Shown: positions 48,601 to 60,760 of the stretch, one piece after another
Numbering within the stretch: position 1 is the stretch's first letter
Layout of the letters: the number at the start of each line of letters is the position of its first letter
Made by a program: the position numbers and the translations under genes
Notes under the pieces: generated by a model
What the model saw: only the letters and a program-made list of their open reading frames with translations
Told to the model about the DNA's origin: nothing
The model's database searches: none
NCBI GenBank assembly: GCA_950097015.1
Contig: CATNEN010000039.1
Span: 12,834,001-12,898,000, forward strand
Reading direction: 5' to 3'
Length of the DNA stretch: 64,000 bases
Source of the DNA: Macrostomum hystrix
Taxonomy: Eukaryota > Animalia > Platyhelminthes

Positions 48601-51600
48601 ATGAAGAATGTGCCTTTGGTGTCAATCGAGAGCTTCTTTGATGATTTGGAGCGATCAACTTACGAGATTCTTGACGTCATTGGTCAATTGAAGAACCTTG
48701 ACGAGGCTAATAGAACAGATGAGATTCGGTCAAGGTATACAGAAGCCTTTTCCAATAGAGAGGATTGGCTCAGATTGAAGCTAAATTGCTGGCAAGACTT
48801 TCTATACCAGCATGAAATGTCAGCTTTTGAGTTGCCTAGTGCCAAAGATGCAAGGGCTAGAAGTATTGCAAAACATTTGACTGAAGTGGTTGAAAAATAT
48901 GATGAGCTAATAAAGTGCTCATTGAGTTTTAGAGACGCAAAAGACGAAAACGTTGTGAAGAAAGCTTCGAAAAATATCGATTTTTTCGGGCAAGTGTTTC
49001 TTAATCAAGCTATTCGTGAGCCACTCGATGAAACTAGATTTTCTGCACAATTATCTGAGGCAATTAAGGCGCTGAATGTGGCCTTTGACCAAACCCATCA
49101 TTCTTTGCAGGCCATCAACAAAGTGAACACGCAGGAAAAAATGGGTCACGTTTCGAGGTTATTTGATAAATTCGCAAAGCTGCAATTTTTTTTGCGCAGA
49201 AGCCTCAATCGAATGCGGCAGAAGGCGGGAAATGCGGAAAAGGTGGCAATAAAACTGCAACAGAAGCAGCTGACAAAGACAGCAATAATATTGAGAAACC
49301 TGACGGAGCAGTTTTACAACATTGGAACGCAAGTAGTTCAGACAATGCCGTTTAAAAGCAAGCGCGAAAGGCAGAGGACAATCGCCAGAATGGCATGGCT
49401 ACTTGAAGAAGCGCTTATCAATAGTCAAATGTTTGAAGCCCCACTGATAGATTGCAGTACAGACTCGAACTCTGCTGTGAAGATAGATGGCCTGACCCAG
49501 CCAGATGAAAGCATCGAACAGGATCAGACGATACCAAAGTCCAACACGCAAGAGGCTTCTGAACATTTTAACGGACGAGAAAGTGCAGCTGCAAGCCAAA
49601 AAGCAACGGAAGTTGATTCCACAGCGTTAAATACGAACCCAAACAGAATAGAATATTCGAGTGATGAATTTATATCAGATGTAAAATTAGATTTTATATT
49701 CCATCAGAAATCGCCGGGAAAAAGTAAGCAAATTTTGGCGGCGCCAGTGGACTCAAATCGAACACATGCGCCCGCCACACAGTCTATGGGAGAAAGTCAG
49801 GATCCCAGTGGGAGTAATACAGCCTGGGAGCCACATAAGTGGGAGCCACAGGGTTGCGTTGCACATGTCTGTCCAGTAAAAAAGCTTCTTAACGAACTTC
49901 CAAAACGCTTAGAAAATATTGCTGATTGCATTGAAAAGGGGAGACTTATCAGCCTAAATCCTGGTGCGACTGCGTCGTACCCGGGTAGCATCCGAGGTAT
50001 TCTGAACCAGTACGAAATTTTTCACGCGTTTCTGCATCGTCGCCTAGTAAACTTGCAGCAAAAAGATTTGCAAGCTGGTATCGACTCTGGTCGCGAAGTT
50101 TTAAACTACTTTTTACTCTTAATGATTTCTCAGCGAAAGGAATTCGAAGATAGCATGAGGACTGAGGCAATCGGACTGTTTGCTTCTGAAGATGACCGAC
50201 AAAGTATGCTGGGAAGAATCACAGCAGTAATGAAGAACTCAATGCTCAACATTCAGTCTTTGAGAACACTCCTTAGCAGTCACAGAGAAGAATCGGCCTC
50301 TTTCCTGCTTGACCTGGATGAGCTCACAGGCGGTGAAAGCCGCTTCTCCGGCTTAGCAACAGACGGACGCAATAACACATCCAGCCAGCTAAGCATCAGC
50401 AAATCTGTACCACTGAAAGACTCCGCGGCGGACTTCAATAAGGAAAAAGAATATGCTTTTCAGAGAACAGCCTCTGACACGGCGTCTGACGCTTTGTTGA
50501 CAGAAAATCTAAGTAGTGTGACTCATGCAAGCGTTTATGAAAGCGAGTCGAGTGCTGGCACGCCTAGTATTGAAATAAATTCCTCTCTGAGAACAACCCG
50601 AAAAGATATGAGTCAGATGCAGCGCACTAGTGAATCGACTGAAAAATGTGATTTGACCAACTCTGATAGCCTATTATCCGGCATTGAAAGTCTCTTGCAG
50701 GATTATCACCGCAAGCAGCAGACTAAGCGCGATGAGTCAATCCTTACGATTCACATGATGCCAACTCGTGTAGCGAAGAAATTTTTTATTAACTCTGAAA
50801 GGCGGCCAGCAAACGCTGTCAGAGTTCAGAATACTGGCAAGCTAATTTCAGCGATTAAGCAGATAGCCCGGAATTCCGAAAATCATGCTTTGAGATTAAG
50901 GTTAAAGCGGTGCGATGCAGGCAATAGCAGAGAGACGCTGAGACACTTTAAGCGGCCATCTAGAAGACGCGACAGCAAGCGCAGCAATCAACAGCTCGCC
51001 AGGATGATTTCAGCCCTGCTGAATGACTTTAACGGAAGCGGAGCTACCCGAAGAACCTCCGAACTCAGTCCTAGCAGGCAGCTGTCGACAGCATCGTCCG
51101 ATCTTAGCCAGCTTATCGTCAGAGCGCGGATGCTGGCGTCCAGTAGTAACAGTCCAAGCAGCAGCAGTCAATGGGCACGGCAGCTTGTCAACAGACATCG
51201 GAGCCAAGTGAATCCGTCGAATGCCTTCGCTCTGACAGTTGCTGCTGCTGACACAGCACGCGAAAGCTACAAGGACAAGCGGCAACTGATGGAATCTTCC
51301 GTGTCGTTTTACGATTTCGGTCCCGTCTGTGACGCTTCTCCGACTGAGGCAACCTCGGAGGCTGGCACCAGCCGCAGCTGCGGAAGTCGCTCTACATGGG
51401 AGGCTGAGTCAATTTTTACGATTCTTGAGTCCGAGCGATTCTCTTCGGAGACGGGTCACCAATTTTCGGCTTATCAGTAAGTTTTTTGGCAACTTTCTGA
51501 ACGTAATAACTATGACGGGTCCATGAGCGTGTTCTACAGCATAGGATAGACACAGGGAGTACTTGCCAACTTCAAAATAAAGTGGGAGCCTCCCTCGAGT

Positions 51601-53398
51601 CACGGCTCCAGACTAGAAAATGCTATCTTTGTAGCTCTTAATATTGGTGTTACTCGTAAATGACTACTAAAATATTATGTCACCTTAGCTGTGTATCTAA
51701 AGACGAAAGTTAGTGTAGCAAAAATCACGCTTTGAGCTTGAAGTCATCTGGCTTTGCTCTCCGCATCTTCCTCAGTCGTGATCCCCTTCTATTAGCGAAT
51801 CCGCTCGGCAAAAACAAGAGCTCTTTACGCGTCTGCTCAAAGCCAAGGTAACACGGTTTTTTTTCTAATTCTCCACAATCCACATAGGGAGCAGCTGCAC
51901 GAGAGTCACTCGCAGACGATATCCGCTTTAGTGCCACATGCAGCTGATCAGGCGCCTTCGGATAGTGATGCTACAGTGCACTTCAAGAATGGTTAGTAAT
52001 TTTTGTTAGAAAAGTTATAGCAAAAAATCATATGCATGCACCTGTAGGGCCGCCACCTTGGGTTTTAAAGGGTTTGGTTTGTTTACACACATGAACACAT
52101 ACAGTGGCGGCTACAGCATTTTCTTTCGTGGGGGCTGAAAGTTTGGGTGGGGCGCTGTAACTATAGCAGCAGATGGGGTGTTCCCGCTGTGAGGGGGCCA
52201 AACGATAAAGGAGGAAAATTTCGAGAGGAATGTCTGTAGCACCTTAGCCCCACCTGGATCCCGCCTGCACACATGAGATACCGTACGCAGGAACACACTC
52301 ACACAGGGTGTGCATGTACAACTGACCTGGCTTTCTCATCGTCAGGCAGTGTGAAATCTTATTGTGCATTGTGTTTAGAAGAGCTACAAAGGCATAAATT
52401 TAATGTAGTGTTTGAATTATAAAAATTTCTAATGAAAACTACAGAATGCAATACCGGCGACATCAGCAGCGGGGTTCGCCAATTGACACTCGAAGAAATT
52501 GTCCACGACGCGTCATTTGCAAAAGATCCCAGCTTCGATTGCGCGGATCTCGATGAGGACCCCGAGATTGAGATTGCAACAAGCGGGGCGTCTTCCCTCT
52601 GGGGCTATTCAAACGATAACCCTAACGGAGACGATGAACAGGTACAGGTTTATGTCGGAGTCTAAGTTGTTATTGAACATTCAAAAAAATGTCTCGTAGG
52701 TTTGTCAAGCAAAAAGAAGCATACTACGCGTGATCATGTATCACTAGAGCGGAAATATTTGTACATCAAGGCCATCAGCTTACATGGCCTACCCTTTATT
52801 CCTATCAGAAGGGGTAGCAACAAGACTGATAGAGGACACAGAGGACGACTGTAGGATTAAGGACCACAGTAAGAAGGACAGGACCTCGTAGACATAGTGC
52901 TTCATTGCTGCAGCTATCTCTTCTTAAATCAATTAATTAAATGGAAATTCCCCCATCAGATGCTAGCAGCGAACGATTTACAACTGCAAGATCTGGAGGC
53001 AACCCTGAAAAATCTGCAGGATGCACTGGCGTGCAAAGACACAGCATGCGTTCAGATTCCAGAAACAGGCGATCAGGTAATAACAGGTGCCTTCCTTTAT
53101 AGTTTTGGGATCGGGCAAAAACCAATAGCTATTACTCGGATGTTTTAACGGCAAAAATAATTTACTAAATGAGACAGTTCTGTCAGGGGTGATGATCGCA
53201 ATAAGGTTTAACGGGTGTATTTAACAAGCCCTTGTATATCCATCTGATGATGTTCTGTGAAGAAAAACTAGGCTAATTTAGAAAGATCACATGCTCCTCG
53301 TTGATATATATGATATGTATTGATACACAAATAAATTATTATTCTAGCACGCCGTTGAAGACAATGGGAGCAGCAAAAGAGGAGACTCGAGAGTCTAA
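42641..53398 (+). CDS. Giant repetitive coiled-coil protein (>2700 aa), unknown function
   Basis: Predicted exons 42641-42751, 43249-43311, 43398-43660, 43785-51476 (7.7-kb open exon), 51888-51991, 52445-52641/52647, 52960-53076, 53348-53398, all phase-compatible. The apparent stop at 51480 overlaps a CA|gtaagt donor. The 3' small exons are less certain. Confidence 0.75.
44095..46480 (+). repeat. Coding 42-bp repeat (EEMRLQQEAEIKKR), ~56 copies
   Basis: Frame-preserving tandem array inside the large exon. Confidence 0.95.
46520..47492 (+). repeat. Coding 42-bp repeat (NQRLEHESVGNRLG), ~23 copies
   Basis: Second frame-preserving array directly after the first. Confidence 0.95.
52297..52352 (-). 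mobile_element. 3' fragment of the tRNA-derived SINE family
   Basis: Minus: cactgcctgacgatgagaaagccaggtcagttgtacatgcacaccctgtgtgag matches the body of copy 2. Confidence 0.55.
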
Positions 53399-54499
53399 AA
53401 GCAGCTGCAAGGACACAGCAACTACTCGTATAATATGCGCTGACATTTAGTTACTACGCGGTTAAAACTTTTGACTTGAGCTCTACGTCGAGCGTATTCA
53501 GTAATTTGTGCCAAAAAATTCCCAAATCTTATCTGCTAGCAGTTAGAGTTTAGATAATTAAAAATTAGATCTAGTTAGTAAGGCCTAACTGTATAGCACT
53601 TTAATTTAGCCACATACTGTAGCTAGCCAGTAGCTGTTTTTAGTTTAGGCACGACGTATAGAAATTCAACCTACACTAAGAATTTACAACAAAAACTAGA
53701 TTTTTGCCATAGAAAAGCAAGAAATACACATATTTTAGTTGAGCATATTTAAAAGACAACAAATAAAGCGCTATAGAAATGTACTTTTCTAAAGACTTTT
53801 CTGTTTGTATGTTTCTTTAATTTTGGCAATCACGTTTATGACGACTGCTTTCTGAAAACACTTGACGTGAGAAAATGTTCCTCAGAAAAGGTTTTCGCAG
53901 AAACATACACAGTGGTAGAAAGTTGTTTCTTTTTTCACTCAATTGGTGCAGAAAAAAATGAAAATTACCTATTTGCGCACTGTATTTTTCGACGAAAAGT
54001 GTCACACTATTTCTAAGAAACGCGGTTTCCCCAAAAAACAAACAGAAAAATAGGATTCTTCCTATGAAAGTTGAGCTACTGATTTGGTCAGTTCAACAGT
54101 TTAAACACTAACAAAAGACACACGACTCTATTCGAATTTAACTGATACTTGCCAGTTTTAACACACGATAAAAGCATGGAACACGCAACAAAGAGAGATG
54201 TGGTTAAACTAAAAAAACAACTAGCTATGTGTAGACGGTATTGTTGTGGATTTGAGTGCCTGCCTGCCCCATTGCTATGTGCAGCGTCGTCACGTGACGC
54301 CTGGCGCTTCCCCATTCTCTGCGTGCGTGTTGCACGTGCATTGTGGGGTAGGTGTCGCGTCAGAGAGAGATAGAGAGAGTACATGTGCGTGCGTGCGACC
54401 TATCACTAAGCTTTAAAGGTAAAAATCATAGAATCACAAAGCCGTCCAAAGTCAGCATCGCGTGTTTGTGTTAGCCAGTCAAGGAGGTCCAGGGCTCCG

Positions 54500-55215
54500 G
54501 GGAAGACAGAAAGCAGCAGACCCACGACGCTGCACGCTGCGAGGATTGGCCCAGAGTTCGATGGGGGCCAGGTCGGTGGGGTGGGGCAGGTGAAGAGGTG
54601 CGCGACGGTGCATCATGGGCACCGTGGTGTCGATGCTCGGGTCGATCTTGGCTTGGTAAGCACGGAGTAGCCTGCAGTGGCCGGAGCGGAGCTAAGCAAG
54701 CGTGGCGCGGTCACGGCGCGACAGGTGGAGCTCAGACTTATCGACCTGTGGCGCAGGCCGACCAAGCAGGTGGTGCGCTTCACGGGAGTTAAGGTGCCGT
54801 TGGACGCAGGCAGAGTGCAGCGGTTTGATGAGGGTGGGCGATGGCGGAAGGTGCAGAAGGTGATGGATGGCGATGAAGGTGGAGGCGAGGTGACGGAGGT
54901 CTGAGCGGATACGCCGACGAGGCGCAGGCGCGGCGATGAGCGAATGATTAAGATGATTGTTGTCATGGAGGGTGGCCCAGGCCTGGGCAGCGAGAAGCTC
55001 ACAATGCAGTCTGACTGGTGAGGATGCTGCACTCGTCGTGGAGGTGCTGGACAGGCGCGCAGCTGTGGCAACCAGTCACAATGCGCAGAGCCGCACTTTG
55101 AGTCGTTTGAAGCAGATTCCAGCTGGAGTTGCAGGCGCGGATGTCGTTGGTGGCGTGCATGTGGAACTTAATGAGCGGGTCGAGGTACACTCCAAGGAGC
55201 TTTGGTGAGGTGCAG
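54500..55215 (-). mobile_element. Decayed 3' part of a non-LTR retrotransposon (I/Ingi-like)
   Basis: PKLLGVYLDP..F..H, LQTTQSAALRIVTGC...P..HLH.E, and in another frame LRSGHCRLLRAYQAKIDPS. Confidence 0.75.
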
Positions 55216-55564
55216 TCCAGATATTCAACGATGCTCCTCACCAATATAGGCATATATCACGGGAAAAATAGCGTTTTTCAACTGTTGATGGAGTTTAATT
55301 AACTTCTTACAAATATAGTTTAAGAAGGAATCGGCCCAGATTAAAAAATCAATGGTCTAATAAAATACTATGTTGCAAAATATCAGAAATAAAGCGAAAA
55401 AATTGTCCAATAAAAGTATTCCATTCCATTTGAATTGGATGAATGTTAAAACCAAGAAAACAGACTCAGCCAGCATATACCGGTAGTGCTACCTCGTAAT
55501 GTAGCTTCGGAAGAGAACTAAAAATATTACGATGGTAGCAGGCACTTAAAAGTTACTCCAAAAT

Positions 55565-56087
55565 TAGGGGTCGGTAAACTTATTAGCTAGCGGGCCAAAG
55601 AGAACCTAAAGGACGACAGCGGGCCGCATTGACAGTAGAAATATGAGATAGGGGAGAGATGAGTCAGGGGAGAGATGAGACAGGGAAGAGATGAGACAAG
55701 GGAGAGATGAGACACAGGAGAGATGAGACAGGGGAGAGATGAGACAGGGGAGAGATAAGACAGGGTAGAGATGAGACAGGGGAGATATGAGACAGGGGAA
55801 ATATGAGACAGTGGGGAGATGAGACGCAGGAGAGATTAGACAGGGGAGAAATAAGACCGTGGAGAGATGAGACAGGGAGAGATGAGACAGGGATGGATGA
55901 GACAGGGGAGGGATGAGACAGGAGAGATGAGACAGGGAAGAGATGAGACAGCGGAGAGATGAGACAGTGGAGAGATGAGACGTAAAAGATAAAACAGGAT
56001 ACTATAGGTGTCGGAAGGGGTAACGGGCCGGATTTGGGAGCTTCGAGGGCCGCATCTGGCCCGTGGGCCGGAGTTTGCCGACCCCTA
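55565..56087 (+). mobile_element. hAT (Charlie-like) MITE with internal 16-bp satellite
   Basis: TIRs taggggtcggtaaact / agtttgccgaccccta, subterminal ggcccgtgggcc; 8-bp TSD tccaaaat/tcctaaat (7/8 match). Confidence 0.88.
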
Positions 56088-56764
56088 TCCTAAATGGGAT
56101 GATAGCTCACAGTCATCAACGGGTAATACGCTGTTTTCCGCCGTCCAACCGAGACGGTCGCAGCCACCTAAAGACGCGCCTGACTATGTAGCAAAATAAT
56201 CCAGCCAGGACAATGAAGGGCAGCCATGAGCGCACCTGGGCATCGAATTCAGACATGCGGCTTCAGCGAGATGAGGCCGAGCTGCAAGGCGATTAACTTT
56301 TAGGCCATAGACGAAAACATTTGTGCAGTCAAAAAACACTATTTTGTCATTCCTAACTACAATGAAGCTTCTAGTTAGAGTGTTGTAGAGGAAGCTACAC
56401 GCGTTTCTGAAGCTCGATTTGAACCATAGACTATGAACTTTGACTCTTCTGAGTGAGTTGATTTTTCTTCTAGTTAAAGTGTTGCGTTTTAAATGTTGCT
56501 GAGTGTAGTCAAGAAAGAAGAAAGTCAGAAAGTCTTGCCCGTTAATGGCCATACATGAATTAATGCTCGGTAATTTTCTTGCGGGCAGTTAATAGCCATT
56601 AACCGCCCGCAAAAAGGCATCGACCAATAGGAATGGCTTACTGAGGCTAAAATGTCTATGGCACCCCGAAATGGGGTCATGGTACAATGGTCGAGTTCCA
56701 TAGATATGCACAGCGGGCGGGCCGTGAAACGCGTTTCACTCCCGCTAACTACAACACTAGTATG

Positions 56765-56852
56765 GATAGGCTGCTCGGGCTGAAACGAGGTGAAACGCCT
56801 CGGCGCGACGCGCCTTAACGTTTTACCTCGTTTCAGCTCTCTGCAGCCTATC
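56765..56852. repeat. ~88-bp hairpin
   Basis: gataggctgc...gctgaaacgaggtgaaacg...cgttttacctcgtttcagc...gcagcctatc. Confidence 0.75.
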
Positions 56853-57039
56853 AATATTGGTATATTAAATCTAATTTGAATTTGAAGCCTAAAGCAACGA
56901 GAAATTTGTGTCCCTGAAAAAAAGAAACAAAAAAGCAAACATTAAACTCTTTGATGCTTTTTTAATTTGGTTATAAAATGCGTTTATTTACGAAGAAGCA
57001 ACAATTATATCAGAAATTAGGTTAGGATTATAACGATCA

Positions 57040-57578
57040 AGAATCCAGTTCTAGTCCCGCACAGAATCAAGTTCTAGTCCCGCAACGAGTCCCAGTTCTA
57101 GTCCCGCATAGAATCCAGTTCTAGTCCTGCAACGAGTCCCAGTTCTAGTCCCGCATAGAATCCAGTTCTAGTCCCGCAACGAGTCCCAGTTCTAGTCCCG
57201 CATAGAATCCAGTTCTAGTCCCGCAACGAGTCCCAGTTCTAGTCCCGCACAGAATCCAGTTCTAGTCCCGCAACGAGTCCCAGTTCTAGTCCCGCACAGA
57301 ATCCAGTTCTAGTCCCGCAACGAGTCCCAGTTCTAGTCCCGCATAGAACCCAGTTCTAGTCCCGCAACGAGTCCCAGTTCTAGTCCCGCATAGAATCCAG
57401 TTATAGTCCCGCAACGAGTCCCAGTTCTAGTCCCGCAACGAGTCCCAGTTCTAGTCCCGCAACGAGTCCCAGTTCTAGTCCCGCATAGAATCCAGTTATA
57501 GTCCCGCAACGAGTCCCAGTTCTAGTCCCGCAACGAGTCCCAGTTCTAGTCCCGCATAGAATCCAGTTCTAGCCCCGC
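57040..57578. repeat. 23/24-bp alternating tandem repeat starting at the NAXD stop codon
   Basis: ccagttctagtcccgc core, followed by atagaat or aacgagtc. Confidence 0.94.
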
Positions 57579-59673
57579 ACAACGTCGGCCTCAGGAAATA
57601 GCTCCACGGAGCAGGGCCCGATCTGGGCAAGCAAGTCCGAAGCAAGCATGGCTCGCCTGTGATTGGCGAACGCCTGGGCGGAGCAGCGCCTCGTCAGCGC
57701 GGAGGCGGCAAAAGCGGCCAGCAAGCCCGGATGCCGCGAGTTGCAGCTGCTGGCGTAGCACCAGTTGGCGAACGCCAACGTCAGTCCGGCAAGAACATCG
57801 CCCTGACCACCGCAACGCCGCGGCGAGCCGGCGATGTCGCAAAGCAGCGCCGATGGCTGAGCCGAGTTCAATGCGTTGCCCACCACGGCAGCGTCGACGG
57901 GGCCTTTACAAAGCAGCGCGACCTCGCCGCCAAGAGCGAGAGAAACGTTTCGCCCAATACTGACGGCGTCGTCGTCGTTGCCACCGGAGCCGGCGCCGCA
58001 CAGAGCATCGCGTAGACGTCTCAGTTCAACAATGTTCGGCGTCAGAAGGACGCGATTAGCTCCGGAAATGAGTTTCGGCTGCGAGCACACAATAGCGAGG
58101 CCATCCTGCAAGTTGATTTACAGACTACTCATAGTAAACGTACATGAGTTATGAAAAAGGCTCATTTTCAGGATAAAACTAAAAAACTACAGCACCTACC
58201 GCGTCGATAACCAATGGCTTCTTCAACGATACTGCCAGCTCTATTGCCTGTTTTAATGATAAAGATAGGGATTTTCAGATTTCTCAATTCGTTTCTATAT
58301 TTTTCCGATAGTACTTTAATTCAAGGCAATTCTAAAGCCAATTGTGTTACCGTCACATTCAAATTCGACATTTAATGAGGTTATGCTCCAGAGACAGAAG
58401 CGACTATTGACCCTAGTTTTTTGACTTGTTAGAACGCGAAAAATCTAAAGATTAAAGTTTATTTTAATCTACTATGCAAAGACCTCAAATCTAGATTAAA
58501 ATCTCTGAATACGACTGATCTCGAACTATAGCTACGAGTAAATAAGACATTAGACAAGACATGAACTACATTCTGAAGTAGACAAGTTATCTGCCGCTCC
58601 TTGCCCTTCTTTATTGGCGAACGTATAACGTTTCAGTTTAAATATCTTAGCTAAGAGAGGGAATTACGAAGCGACCCGTTTACCTGTGTGAGGTTTGTCT
58701 GTAGGAAGTTTACCTGTGTGAGGTTTGTCTGTAGGAAGTTTACCTGTGTGAGGTTTGTCTGTAGGAAGTTTACCTGTGTGAGGTTTGTCTGTAGGAAGTT
58801 TACCTGTGTGAGGTTTGTCTGTAGGAAGTTTACCTGTGTGAGGTTTGTCTGTAGGAAGTTTACCTGTGTGAGGTTTGTCTGTAGGAAGTTTACCTGTGTG
58901 AGGTTTGTCTGTAGGAAGTTTACCTGTGTGAGGTTTGTCTGTAGGAAGTTTACCTGTGTGAGGTTTGTCTGTAGGAAGTTTACCTGTGTGAGGTTTGTCT
59001 GTAGGAAGTTTACCTGTGTGAGGTTTGTCTGTAGGAAGTTTACCTGTGGGAGGTTTGTCTGTAGGAAGTTTACCTGTGGGAGGTTTGTCTGTAGGAAGTT
59101 TACCTGTGGGAGGTTTGTCTGTAGGAAGTTTACCTGTGGGAAGTTTGTCCGTGGGAAGTTTAGACACGGGAAATTCATCAGAGAATAATCCGCACCCGCT
59201 ACTGTCTCATTCAAGTGGACTTGACCCAAAAGCTTAAGGAACTCAACAGACAGACTCGAGCTCACAGCCACAGCTCCGGGGACACATTCGCCTCTTCCGA
59301 GTCCTGGACCGACCAGTACGGCGTTGAACCTGGGCAGCCAGGCCTCCAGCTCGCGCCTGGCCGTATCGCCGTCAAGCACAGGGTGCACGATGAGCTCCGG
59401 GCTGTAGGCCTTGATGACAGGAGCAGCTGCCTCTGCGCACAACACGTGCGCCAAATCGGCGCCGATTCGCAGGGCGGCGGCTGCGGCAAAATAGGGCGCC
59501 CCGGTGTACTCTCGACAGCCGCCGACAATGCACAGCCGGCCAGCTTGGCCTTTGTGAGCCTGGCCAGTCAGCGGCGGGATGCAACAGGCCGCGTCCGACA
59601 GCAGACTATCGGTGGACATGACGGACAGAAGGCGACGGCTGGCGAGGAGCGAGAGGCTGCGATTCAACGGCGG
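57569..59673 (-). CDS. NAXD: ATP-dependent (S)-NAD(P)H-hydrate dehydratase, 3 exons
   Basis: [54 protein letters not shown]|[30 protein letters not shown]. Exons 59673 (first ATG 59619)-59266, 58247-58200, 58105-57569. Confidence 0.93.
58678..59161. repeat. 30-bp tandem repeat, ~16 copies, in NAXD intron 1
   Basis: (tacctgtgtgaggtttgtctgtaggaagtt)n. Confidence 0.97.
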
Positions 59674-59804
59674 CTGCAGCGGTTTAGACTTTTGGTTTTT
59701 TACTCTCCTTACATGTAGATTGAGACCACAATACTGATCAACTGATTCTAAGAGATGTCAACTATATGCTCTGGAATGGAGCCCAAGGTCCATATTCGAA
59801 GATC

Positions 59805-60545
59805 TATCGAATTCTCCCCAATATTGACTCATCGAATTCTCCCCAAATATTGACCTATCGAATTCTCCCCAATATTGACTCATCGAATTCTCCCAAAATA
59901 TTGTCTTAGCGAATTCTCCACAAACATTGATCCATCGAATTCTCCCCAAATATTGATCCATCGAATTCTCCCCAAATATTGATCCATCGAATTCTCCCCA
60001 AATATTGATCCATCGAATTCTCCCCAAATATTGACCTATCGAATTCTCCCCAAATATTGGCCTATCGAATTCTCCCCAAATATTGACCTATCGAATTCTC
60101 CCCAAATATTGATCCATCGAATTCTCCCCAAATATTGATCCATCGAATTCTCCCCAAATATTGATCCATCGAATTCTCCCCAAATATTGATCCATCGAAT
60201 TCTCCCTAATATTGATCCATCGAATTCTCCCTAATATTGACTCATCGAATTCTCCCAAAATATTGATCAATCGAATTCTCCCCAAATATTGATCAATCGA
60301 ATTCTCCCCAAATATTGACCTATCGAATTCTCCCCAAATATTGACCTATCGAATTCTCCCCAAATATTGACCTATCGAATTCTCCCCAAATATTGACCTA
60401 TCGAATTCTCCCCAAATATTGACCTATCGAATTCTCCCCAAATATTGATCCATCGAACTCTCCCCAAATATTGATCCATCGAATTCTCCCCAAATATTGA
60501 TCTATTAAAATCTCCCCAAATATTGATCTATTAAAATCTCCCCAA
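59805..60545. repeat. 26-bp tandem repeat between the nucleotidyltransferase and NAXD
   Basis: (atcgaattctccccaaatattgatcc)n, with an EcoRI site in most units. Confidence 0.95.
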
Positions 60546-60760
60546 TTAAAAAAGTGAAATCCGTATTGAAACATAATTAATGACAAAATAACTTATACCT
60601 TCGTTTAAAAAGTTTCTGTTGTTTAAAAAATAAATGTTAAAGAGGTCAAAAAAGTACTTCCGAGTTAAAAATTTGTATTTACACTGATCAAATCGTTGCT
60701 ATAAAATGGCAGCAAATATATTTGTAGCACACGCATTCCTTAATTAGTCTAGTTTATCAT

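Noticed and set aside
51477-51480. Stop codon ending the 2486-aa ORF
   Set aside because: It overlaps a consensus gtaagt donor with phase-compatible downstream exons, so it is probably intronic.
52325-52350. Hammerhead ribozyme (ctgacgatgagaaa on the minus strand)
   Set aside because: No CUGANGA/GAAA core separated by stem II, and no stems I/III found.
57040-60545. CRISPR-like appearance of 23-30-bp repeats
   Set aside because: Units are contiguous with no unique spacers; no cas genes; eukaryotic context.
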